From: an uncultured Mycoplasmatota bacterium
Lineage (GTDB): Bacteria > Bacillota_I > Bacilli_A > RF39 > UBA660
NCBI GenBank assembly: GCA_900546055.1
Contig: URBG01000001.1
Span: 21,169 to 85,168, forward strand
DNA: 64,000 bases
Direction: 5' to 3'
Below the pieces are notes generated by a model. That model was not told where the DNA came from and ran no database searches. It was given only the letters and a program-made list of their open reading frames with translations. The translations under genes and the position numbers were made by a program. This document shows, piece by piece, positions 49,693 to 58,908 of this stretch. The number at the start of each line of letters is the position of its first letter. Position 1 is the stretch's first letter.

Positions 49693-49730
49693 ATTGTTCC
49701 TCCATTCTACTTGATATTATATCATGTTTT

Positions 49731-50318
49731 TTATTTTCTATAAATAGATTTACATTCTTCTTTTTTATTTAAACCTACAAAATTTAAAATTTCATCCACA
49801 ACACTTTCTAAATCCATATCAGAAACATCAATTTTATATGTATCTAAACTAGAAAAATCAGGGATTTTTTTTATTGCTTCATTAAAAATTTCTTCTATAC
49901 AATCTTTACAATAATTATCATATGATATTTCTTCAGAAGTTTTTTTAATTCTATTAACTAGCCTACTATAAATTACTTTTGGATTACAAGTTAAAGTAAT
50001 GTTATAAAATTCAAATTGATTTCCATTTTCTTCTAAATAATTAATTATTTGATTAATAACATTGTCTTGGTGTAAAATCCAAGAAAATATTATATTATCA
50101 AAATTTGGATTATGTAAATGATTATTTAGAACATAACAAATGCTATCGATAGTTCGTTCCATTGTTTCTTTATCAAAATGCCAATCGGACCCCTGTTCAA
50201 AACACCAATCACCATCTAACATTACACTAGAATTTAATTCATTTACTAATTTTTTTGCTGTGGTAGTTTTACCAACCCCTGTTGTACCACTAATAAAAAT
50301 TAATTTCTTTTTTTTCAT
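49731..50318 (-). CDS. small P-loop kinase-like NTPase (AAA_33/zeta-toxin-like fold)
   Basis: Walker A ISGTTGVGKTTT at the N-terminus, about 195 aa, no second domain. Confidence 0.55.
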   Translation of the reverse strand: MKKKKLIFISGTTGVGKTTTAKKLVNELNSSVMLDGDWCFEQGSDWHFDKETMERTIDSICYVLNNHLHNPNFDNIIFSWILHQDNVINQIINYLEENGNQFEFYNITLTCNPKVIYSRLVNRIKKTSEEISYDNYCKDCIEEIFNEAIKKIPDFSSLDTYKIDVSDMDLESVVDEILNFVGLNKKEECKSIYRK

Positions 50319-50335
50319 ATAAATATAATTCCTTT

Positions 50336-51721
50336 CTACATATTCACAGCACGTTTTTTTACTAATATAGAATTACCTTTAGTATTAACTTTTGAATAAA
50401 ATATTTCTAAAAATTTTTGATATGTGTCTAAAATTTCTGCCTTAAAATTAATTGGTAGAACAAAATCATGGTCTTTTTCTATTTCAGCAAAAATAGATTG
50501 AACATTATCAGCATCAATAAACTGCATGTAATAGTCTATTGCTTCTTTGTTATTTCCTTCATAATATAATTTTAGCAAAGAAGTAATTTTATCTTCTCTA
50601 TAATTCTGATTATATTCCTGCAATAATAATGTATGGTTATTTAATATATTATTTTCTATTTGTTGTCCATCAATATCTTTTTCAATTCTTGGTCTATCAA
50701 AATGTAACATATTACCATTGTCAAAAGCCATTAATCTCACACTTTGGGTTTGTTCGTTTACAATAATCCCCCAGTTATAAGGATTTCTATCAGGTTGTAA
50801 TGTCAGCAAATCATAAATATATAATTTTTTTATTTCTGCTTTAATTTCTTCATTGTAATTATAACCTTTTCTAAAACAATAATCTTCTATTACTGATATA
50901 ATATTTTCAACATTACATTTTCTAACTAATTCTAATTTATCTATATTATTATCTGGACACATTAACTGTGCAGCAGAAATAAATTTTTCGCCTTTATTTA
51001 CAAAGTTATAGGTAATTATACCTCTGTTACCATTATATGTAGCTAAATCATAATAACAATATGGAAGAGAAAATTTTTTCATCATATACATATTAAATAT
51101 TTCAGTATAACTTTCAAAACTACCAGGTGTTTCATTTTTGAACATAATATGCTCATCAAGCCAAAATTTATTTCTTGAGCCGCCAATTTCTGGCCTGATT
51201 TGTTCTAATTTAACATAGTCATCAATTGCTAAAAATCCATTGTTCCTACTCGCGCATCTTATTAAATACTTAAAGATAATAGGAAAATTTTCTTCGTATT
51301 CTTGCGGATCATCAGTCATATGAAAAACATTATCATAATGAACTTTTTGATTGTTTATATAATCTTCTTGTGGTAAAACTAAATGTCTATATTTTCTTCT
51401 TATACCTACTTTTAAATCCAAAACATTTTGATACATATATTTCCCTTTTTCTGGTAAATATATTTTTTTATCATCAGGTAATTCAAGTTGCATAATATAA
51501 ATATAATTATCTTGGTACTTATTAACTAGCCCATTAATTTTATATTCGGCTTTCCAAAGTTCATCTTCTGAGAATGGATATAATTCTCTAATGAAATTTT
51601 CATAATCTTGCCCTAAATCTATTTTCCAAAGATAATTAATTGTAGAAATTTTTTGGATATCATTAAGTGCTTCTTCCGCCTTATTACCTATTGAATTCCA
51701 CAAAACCCCAAATAATTTCAT
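50336..51721 (-). CDS. HipA-like (HipA_C-type) serine/threonine kinase family protein
   Basis: GGSRNKF (HipA GAQxKF-like), DRNPYNWGII (HipA catalytic loop DxHxxN with His replaced by Arg), RLMAFDNGN (HipA RLAPAYD-like Mg/activation motif), all in HipA order. Confidence 0.5.
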   Translation of the reverse strand: MKLFGVLWNSIGNKAEEALNDIQKISTINYLWKIDLGQDYENFIRELYPFSEDELWKAEYKINGLVNKYQDNYIYIMQLELPDDKKIYLPEKGKYMYQNVLDLKVGIRRKYRHLVLPQEDYINNQKVHYDNVFHMTDDPQEYEENFPIIFKYLIRCASRNNGFLAIDDYVKLEQIRPEIGGSRNKFWLDEHIMFKNETPGSFESYTEIFNMYMMKKFSLPYCYYDLATYNGNRGIITYNFVNKGEKFISAAQLMCPDNNIDKLELVRKCNVENIISVIEDYCFRKGYNYNEEIKAEIKKLYIYDLLTLQPDRNPYNWGIIVNEQTQSVRLMAFDNGNMLHFDRPRIEKDIDGQQIENNILNNHTLLLQEYNQNYREDKITSLLKLYYEGNNKEAIDYYMQFIDADNVQSIFAEIEKDHDFVLPINFKAEILDTYQKFLEIFYSKVNTKGNSILVKKRAVNM

Positions 51722-52761
51722 TTTGTTATACCTCCATTCCTACTTTCTACCAAGGTATCAACTTGTGCGGCAACATTTTTAATATCTATTCCTTCTTCAA
51801 GCGAAATAAAATATCTATTCATAAATTCTACTGTTTTTGCTTTTTTGACCATAAGTTTTATATCATCTAAACAATTAAAATCTAGTTGTCCCTTTTCTAA
51901 TGTATTTAAGCATATAAGTAAATTATGTAAAAGAGTTGCATTATAATGGCTTATAGCTTCATCCATCAAATTCGGAAAATGATTTTGTATATCCGTTATT
52001 ACACTATCAGCATATTGCATTAATAACATACTATCTTTTCCAAAGTTAGTATTAATTAACGAATTTGGATTAATAAAATAATGATTATAGTTTGTTCTTA
52101 TATCGTGACAGAATATATTACTATTCATTAGTGCCTGCCAAAGAAAAATAAAATCTTCATTTATATTGGTAGCAGGAAATTTAATATTTTTTATCAATTC
52201 TCTTTTGTATAATTTACCCCAAACAGCATTTGAAAGTTCAAAAGATAAATATTTTTTTAGCATTTGTTCTTTATCTAATACAGTGATTTCATCACCTATT
52301 GAATATGGAACTATACTTTCTTTTTCAAAAACAACTTTTATTCCGCCTTCAACAATATCTGCATCATATTTAACAGTAGAATAATACAAGTTTTCAAGTA
52401 ATTTTGTATCTAAAACATCATCACTATCAACAAACGTTATATATTTGCCAGTTGATTTAGATAATCCAACGTTTCTAGCCATCCCTACTCCAGAATTATT
52501 CTGATTAATTAATATAATTCTATTATCTTCTTGTTTGTACTGACTACAAATAACAGCACTATTATCTGTTGAGCCATCATTAATCAATATTATTTCCAAA
52601 TTTTTATAGGTCTGATTAACAATTGAATTTAAAGTTGCTCTTAAATATTTTTCCGCGTTGTATATTGGTACAATAACTGATATACATTCTAGATTTGTAT
52701 TATCATCATTAATACAATTTTCCATAATTACCCCCTCGATTTTCCTTATATTATATATCAT
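51718..52761 (-). CDS. family 2 glycosyltransferase
   Basis: VIVPIYNAEKYL…INDGSTDNS…FVDSDD GT2 motifs; its stop overlaps the start of the HipA-like gene by 4 bp. Confidence 0.85.
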   Translation of the reverse strand: MIYNIRKIEGVIMENCINDDNTNLECISVIVPIYNAEKYLRATLNSIVNQTYKNLEIILINDGSTDNSAVICSQYKQEDNRIILINQNNSGVGMARNVGLSKSTGKYITFVDSDDVLDTKLLENLYYSTVKYDADIVEGGIKVVFEKESIVPYSIGDEITVLDKEQMLKKYLSFELSNAVWGKLYKRELIKNIKFPATNINEDFIFLWQALMNSNIFCHDIRTNYNHYFINPNSLINTNFGKDSMLLMQYADSVITDIQNHFPNLMDEAISHYNATLLHNLLICLNTLEKGQLDFNCLDDIKLMVKKAKTVEFMNRYFISLEEGIDIKNVAAQVDTLVESRNGGITK

Positions 52762-52916
52762 AATAATAGAAAGTCAAGAAACACCAAAAATATCTTCTCT
52801 TGACTTTTATTTAACTATATATAATTCATGTAATGCTCTAGTCATTGAAACATACAACAATTTCATATCTTCTGTTTTTTCTTTATCAAATTTACCAATA
52901 CCAGTATCAAGTAAAA

Positions 52917-54585
52917 TTACAAATCAAATTCTAAAACTTTTGATAAATAACTACTAGTACAACATATAGAATTAATTGAATTTTGATTATTTTCGTTAGT
53001 TTTATCAAAATCAATAATTTTAGACAAATTATTGCGAACTTCTTCAACAATAGGCTGATTTTTACATATAACCGCAATACTTTTGTAGTTTTTATTTAAA
53101 GAATTATTTATTATTTCTAAAATGGTATTATATAAATTATTTTCTTTTGAAGAGACATATTGTACTTCTTTACCATGCCTTATAACAGGAATAGCTATGG
53201 AATATCCTAATAACTCATTTATTTTATTAGCTTCATTCATTATTTCTATGGTTGTTCTATAACTTTTATTTAAATATAATATTTCGCATTCCCCATTAAA
53301 TACAGAATCTATAATTTCTTCCCAAGTTTGTATACTTTTATAAGAATACAATGATTGGGCTAAATCTCCATAAATACTAAACGTGGAATTATACATTATA
53401 TTTTTCAGCACATAAAAGGTAAATGTATTATAATCTTGTGCTTCATCTATTACAACATGTCGATATTTGGAAAATTCTTCAGCCCCGTATAATCTATATT
53501 TAATATACATAAGCGGGGTTAAATCTTCTTTACTAATTTTTTTATTTCTTATTTCTTTTTGCTTTTCATCGTAATCAAAGTTATTCATTTTCAAGTACTC
53601 ATTTTTTTTTAAGAATTTCTAAATAAATTTGAATTGGGGTTTTAATTAATTTTTTAAAATATAATTTTAAAATATTGCTACCAGAAACATTTAATTCTTT
53701 TTTTAGTTGTTCTCTATCCCTTATTATTTTGTTTTGAATTGTTTTTGTATAGTTTTTTGATAATGATTGAGATAAAATTTTTTCTAAAATTACATCTGCT
53801 TTTTCTTCAATTTTTTTTGATAAAATTGCTATTGTCTTATCAATTTTTGATTCTAACGTTTTATGGAATTTATCATTTATTGATAAATATGTATCTTTAA
53901 TTACATCAACATCTAATATTTTAAAATCTTTAAAATATAAATGTTCATTTGGAATTAAATTATCATAGTATTTTTTTAAATATATGTCTATTTCTTTTTT
54001 GAAATCCATAGAAGTAATATAATAGGCGAATGCATTTTTTTCCTCATTCTTATTGTTATTTAAAATATCTGCAAAATTTTCTACATCTAATTTTTCTTTC
54101 AAAAAGGTTTGAGCAAAATCTATTAAATCATATTGAGAAACTCCGTTAACATCTAAATCAGGTAAAACACTTGATATATATTCGCCAAAAAATTTATTTG
54201 GTCCAATTACCATATATTGATTTGAATCATAAATATCTCTGTTATTATATACTAAATACGCTATTCTATGTAAAGCAACAGTGGTTTTTCCACTACCAGC
54301 AACGCCTTGTATAATTGAATTATATTTTAAATCTTGTCTTATTATTTTATTTTGTTCACTTTGAATAGTAGAGACAATATTTTTTAACCTATTATCAGCA
54401 TTAACACCTAAAAATGGTTTTAACAATTCATCTTTGCTTACTGTATCAACATCAATAAAATTTAATAATTGCCCATTTTCAATTTGTGAATAATAGGGTT
54501 TAGTAATTCCTAATTCTTCAGCAATATCTTTACCAAGAATTTTTTTCTTTTTTTTCTCTGCTTTTAATGTTTCTAATTTCCCCAT
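52917..54585 (-). pseudogene. HTH(XRE)-UvrD/Rep-like SF1 helicase split by a frameshift at an A9 homopolymer
   Basis: The 53599..54585 ORF (XRE HTH plus Walker A GVAGSGKTT) ends with AAAAAAAAA-TGA. The 52917..53594 ORF (motif II VVIDEAQDY, SYRTT) begins on TTG 4 nt later. An 8-A tract would fuse them in-frame. Confidence 0.6.
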
Positions 54586-54775
54586 TTGTAATTCCTCCTT
54601 ATATAATTAAATATACTATAGTTAAAAAATATTTAAATTATGCAAATAAAAAAATCGTACATTAAGAATACGAGTATTGGCCACAAATTCATTTTTTAAC
54701 ATTTTATTTTATTAAGTATTTTAAAGGTATTTAAGAAAATACAATATAACACTAAAATGACTAAATTAAAAGGAA

Positions 54776-55438
54776 TTACAATAATTTATTATCATTGAAT
54801 GTTATGTAGTTGTTTGGATTGGCTCCTTTATATACATATCTTCCTTCTTCATATGCATCTGCATATAGTCCATCTCCTGTTATTACTGCTGTTCCTATTA
54901 GTTTATCTGAGGCACTCTCTCCACTTGGAGTTGTTCCAGTTGCCTGACTATAGTCTAAGTCTACTATTAGGGTTGATGCCGTATTTGTTGGTTGTTCACT
55001 TACACTACTTATATATTCTACTTTTACGATTAATACTTTAGTGTTTCCAGCTGTTATTACATCACCTTTGGTCATTCCTGATGAAGTAAACTTGATTGCT
55101 GGATTATTTGTATCACTTAAAGCTATATCATCTAACTTAGCATCTAAACTTCCAGCATTGTTTACGGTAATATCATACTCTATACTATCACCTGGTGTTT
55201 GAAGTGATGTTTTAAAGGTTGCGCTTAATTCTTCAAAACTTGGATCACCATTATTACTGGCTGTGCCTACAATGTTTTTACTTTCTACCTTTGTTATCTT
55301 TACATTCCAGCTACTTGTTATATTACTTGTTCCTTGAATATTTAATACTGTTTGAAACGCGGCATAACCAACTGCCATTAACAATACTACTGCACACAAA
55401 CTTCCGATGATTATATTTCTCTTTTTACTTTTGTTCAT
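54776..55438 (-). CDS. secreted protein, 5' (N-terminal) half of the gene interrupted by the element; SipW-cognate-like signal peptide
   Basis: MNKSKKRNIIIGSLCAVVLLMAVGYAAFQT… signal; the ORF terminates 18 nt into the element sequence. Confidence 0.45.
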   Translation of the reverse strand: MNKSKKRNIIIGSLCAVVLLMAVGYAAFQTVLNIQGTSNITSSWNVKITKVESKNIVGTASNNGDPSFEELSATFKTSLQTPGDSIEYDITVNNAGSLDAKLDDIALSDTNNPAIKFTSSGMTKGDVITAGNTKVLIVKVEYISSVSEQPTNTASTLIVDLDYSQATGTTPSGESASDKLIGTAVITGDGLYADAYEEGRYVYKGANPNNYITFNDNKLL

Positions 55439-55495
55439 TTTATCTCTCCTACTTTTGCTATAGGCTTATTCTTCCCTATTTTTTAACTTATATCC

Positions 55496-55524
55496 AGTAT
55501 ATCCTATATTTCCGTTTTGAACAA
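55496..55524 (-). promoter_or_regulatory. sigma-A-like promoter for the secreted-protein gene
   Basis: Minus strand: TTGTTC, 17 nt, TATACT; GTAGGAGAG RBS before the ATG. Confidence 0.4.
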
Positions 55525-55581
55525 GCTTTCTGAAAACCAATTTACATCAAATGGACAAAAAAAGAATAGAAAACTCTACTC

Positions 55582-56853
55582 TTAATCTTTTTTAATTATA
55601 TCAATTGAATAATTAGAAAAATCTAAACCTTTTATAAAGTCAATACAGTCTTCATAACTTAAATTTTTATATTTATCATAAAGATCTGTATAAAATTTAC
55701 CATATAAAAGTTCTTGATTGACAATTAAATTAGCAACCCCATTAACACTTTCTGTTGATAGTATTGCCGATTTAACCAAATTTTTTGCAATTAAGCTAAA
55801 GTCTTTTTCTGTAAAATCCTTTTGATTAATTAAATCATTAATTCTCTTTAAAATACTCTCATCATCTATAACTTCTGTATTAAAATATATAATAACATAA
55901 TCCTCAACATTTTCAATGTAATATTCGATATGCTGTAATATGTTTTTATCGTGATGAACTTCATCATATAAAGAAGACATCTCGCTAAATAAAATATCTA
56001 AATAAATCAAAATATATAAATTTGTTAAAAATCTCTCGCGTTTGGAATCGGTAGCTTTTACTTTATAATTGATAGTTATTATTTTATTAGTTATATCCAT
56101 AGTTTCTACAGCTTCTTTTGCTGCAACTTCGTCTTTTTCATCATACTTTTTAATTTTAATATCCTCATTATCTAAAAAATCTCTAGTCTGATAATAATCT
56201 TTAACAAATTCAAAAGCTTCTTTTGGATTAACTTCACCTGTAATAACTAAATACATATTATCCGGATGATAAAAAGTATTATAGCAATCATATAACATTT
56301 CTGGTGTTAACTTACTAATTGAATCTACATAACCTGCGACTGGATATTTATGGGGATGCTTATTAAATAAGCTTTTACAAGCTAAAAAATACGCCATTTG
56401 TCCAGGATCATCAAAGCCAGCCTTAATTTCTTGTTCAATTATTCCTTGTTCATTTTCTACATTTTCTTTTGTAAAAAATGGTGTGGTTATGCAATCAAGC
56501 AAAATTTTTAAATTTTCATAAAAATGTGATGCCCCTGTAAAATAATATCTTGTAACGTTTGATGAAGTATAAGCATTAGAAGAAGCACCATTATTAGAAA
56601 ATAAAATCATCGGATCAATTCCATCTTCAGTTGCAAACATCTTGTGCTCTAAAAAGTGAGCTGTTCCTGGTGGAATTGTAATAAACTCGTCTTTACCACG
56701 AGGAACAAACTCTAATATATCATTACCATACTTGGTTACAATTGAAGCGTGAGTATCGTGCTTTTTCATTGGACAAATATAAACCAAAAGACCATTATCC
56801 AATTTATCTTTATAAATATCTAAATCTAAACCATTAAGCTTGATCTTTTCCAT
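55582..56853 (-). CDS. M16-family zinc peptidase (active subunit, HxxEH)
   Basis: GTAHFLEHKMF inverzincin motif. Start moved to the ATG at 56853 (MEKIKLNG), which has an AAGGGGGA RBS. Confidence 0.8.
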   Translation of the reverse strand: MEKIKLNGLDLDIYKDKLDNGLLVYICPMKKHDTHASIVTKYGNDILEFVPRGKDEFITIPPGTAHFLEHKMFATEDGIDPMILFSNNGASSNAYTSSNVTRYYFTGASHFYENLKILLDCITTPFFTKENVENEQGIIEQEIKAGFDDPGQMAYFLACKSLFNKHPHKYPVAGYVDSISKLTPEMLYDCYNTFYHPDNMYLVITGEVNPKEAFEFVKDYYQTRDFLDNEDIKIKKYDEKDEVAAKEAVETMDITNKIITINYKVKATDSKRERFLTNLYILIYLDILFSEMSSLYDEVHHDKNILQHIEYYIENVEDYVIIYFNTEVIDDESILKRINDLINQKDFTEKDFSLIAKNLVKSAILSTESVNGVANLIVNQELLYGKFYTDLYDKYKNLSYEDCIDFIKGLDFSNYSIDIIKKD

Positions 56854-58108
56854 TGTTTTCCCCCTTAAGCAAATAAATAACATCAAAATGAACCTTTTTA
56901 GATAAATTGATAATATCTTCTTTAGTAACTTGGCCTATCAATTCACGCCTTTTATCAATATCATCATTATCACTAAGCAACTCTGACGTTAAAGTATTCA
57001 AAATTGCCATTTGACTATCTTCAATTTCCACTAATGAATTTTCATAAATCTGTTTTACTTGTTTCATTGCATCTAAAGTAAAATCACCTTTGATCATCGA
57101 TTGCATTTGCTCTTTAATCAGGTCGCAAGTCTTTTTAAAATCCTCAGCATCTATTCCTGCATATATAAAAGCTGCACTATATGGTATATTACGGATAGCC
57201 CCAATATAATAACATAAAGAATTTTCTTCGCGCACAACCTGATTTAATTTAGAGCTCCAATTGCCTCCTAAAATACTTATATAAAATACTGAAACATATT
57301 TACGCTCAAAGTCAGTTAAATCCACAAACTTTAAACCAATAGCTAATTGACTTTGTCCTGTCTGTGCCGGTTCAATGACTTCTTTAATTTCTTCTCGCGC
57401 ACTTTCATAAGATATATAACGATTTTTATGACTTTGTTTAAATTCACCTTTTACTAAAGACGCAATTATTTCTTTCATTTTTTCATTATCAAAATTACCA
57501 ATCACAAAAATATCTAATGAATTTTCCGTAAATAAAGTCTGATAATATTTATATAAATCATGAGCTGTCATCTTAAGCGCTAAATCTATTGCCTCATCAT
57601 TCCTAATGATATCATAATCATACACATCCATCTCCTCCCAAAGACGGCTTTGGCTGTATGTTGTCGGATTGTCCTTAGCTGATTTAAGTGCTTCTACATA
57701 GTCGTGACGACAAATCTCAAATGTTTCTGCATCAAAAGCTTCTCCATCTAGTTTTGGATTATAAAGCATATCAAAAATAAATTTTATGCTTTTTTCATTC
57801 ATCCCTTGTTCAGTATAATTTTCATTCGCAAATTGCCCATTAATTAAAAATGTTCTATCCTTGCCATAATTTAATGCCCTAATTGTCACTTTTGGATCAT
57901 ATATTTCAAGTCTTTGCCTATAATAATCATTTAGTTTTTCAAAGCCAGCAGTCCCAGCTTCTAAAACATCTTTTAAAATTGATAAATAAACTACATCTTC
58001 TCTCGTATTTTCATGGCGAAAATAAGCAGATAACGAAATCGTTTTAAATTTATCAGTATTTATCAAGTATAAGTTGTAATTCCCCATATCGTATAATTTA
58101 TAATCCAT
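56834..58108 (-). CDS. M16-family peptidase-like protein lacking HxxEH (inactive partner subunit)
   Basis: Same fold and length as its neighbour, no HxxEH; 20-bp overlap with the downstream gene. Confidence 0.7.
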   Translation of the reverse strand: MDYKLYDMGNYNLYLINTDKFKTISLSAYFRHENTREDVVYLSILKDVLEAGTAGFEKLNDYYRQRLEIYDPKVTIRALNYGKDRTFLINGQFANENYTEQGMNEKSIKFIFDMLYNPKLDGEAFDAETFEICRHDYVEALKSAKDNPTTYSQSRLWEEMDVYDYDIIRNDEAIDLALKMTAHDLYKYYQTLFTENSLDIFVIGNFDNEKMKEIIASLVKGEFKQSHKNRYISYESAREEIKEVIEPAQTGQSQLAIGLKFVDLTDFERKYVSVFYISILGGNWSSKLNQVVREENSLCYYIGAIRNIPYSAAFIYAGIDAEDFKKTCDLIKEQMQSMIKGDFTLDAMKQVKQIYENSLVEIEDSQMAILNTLTSELLSDNDDIDKRRELIGQVTKEDIINLSKKVHFDVIYLLKGENNGKDQA

Positions 58109-58188
58109 ATTTCACCTCTTTTTATATTATGGCGTATTTTTAATTTTTATATCCCCTAATTAAATAATTACCTTAAAACTAAAAAGAA

Positions 58189-58908
58189 TTATAATTCTTT
58201 AATAGTTTCAAGCGCCATTTCAATCGCTACTCTTAAACCTTTTTCACGCTCTACTGGCGATGCATGCACCTCTGTTCCAATAATATCTGTAACCGTAAGT
58301 ACGCAAGCTGCCATTTTTCCAAATTTATTAGCTAAATAAAATAATGCATAACTTTCCATTTCGCCAACCATTGGATCTAATTCTTTAGGAAGCCTATCTA
58401 AAAACTTCCCTTCATCATCCATATAAGCATCAAAACATTCCAAACAAATAACATCGCCAACTTGAATAGGAATATTCATTGAAACAGCTTTAGTCGCTAA
58501 TTTTTTATTAAGTTCTGAAGATGGATAAACAATATCTATGTTCTTATTTCCTGACGTAATATCATAATTAGTTTCTGAATAACTACGACCAGCTAAAACA
58601 ATATCAAATAAATTCATCTTTGGGTTATAAGTTCCACAAGAACCAACCTTAATTATCGCTTTAACCCCATAATAATTAAAAAGTTCATAAGCATAAATCC
58701 CCATACTTGGAATTCCCATTCCAGAAGCCATTACGCTAACTCTTTCACCCTTATAATGACCTGTATAAACTGTATTTCCTCTTACTTCACTAACTATTTC
58801 ATAGTCATCAAAATAATTTTCAACAATAAATTTTGAACGTAATGGATCTCCAGGCATTATAACTTTTTCGGCTATCTGCCCCTTTTCAGCTGAATTATGT
58901 GGTGTCAT
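58189..58908 (-). CDS. deoD: purine nucleoside phosphorylase DeoD-type
   Basis: MTPHNSAEKGQIAEKVIMPGDPLRSKF… N-terminus and GMGIPS, EMES motifs. Confidence 0.9.
   Translation of the reverse strand: MTPHNSAEKGQIAEKVIMPGDPLRSKFIVENYFDDYEIVSEVRGNTVYTGHYKGERVSVMASGMGIPSMGIYAYELFNYYGVKAIIKVGSCGTYNPKMNLFDIVLAGRSYSETNYDITSGNKNIDIVYPSSELNKKLATKAVSMNIPIQVGDVICLECFDAYMDDEGKFLDRLPKELDPMVGEMESYALFYLANKFGKMAACVLTVTDIIGTEVHASPVEREKGLRVAIEMALETIKEL

Larger units (their letters stand above)
46948..54801 (-). mobile_element. integrase-bearing integrative element (about 7.85 kb) flanked by an 8-bp direct repeat ATTGAATG
   Basis: ATTGAATG at 46948-46955 and 54794-54801. Integrase lies at one end. The cargo is AT-rich and co-oriented. 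The element interrupts an ORF in-frame. Confidence 0.45.
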
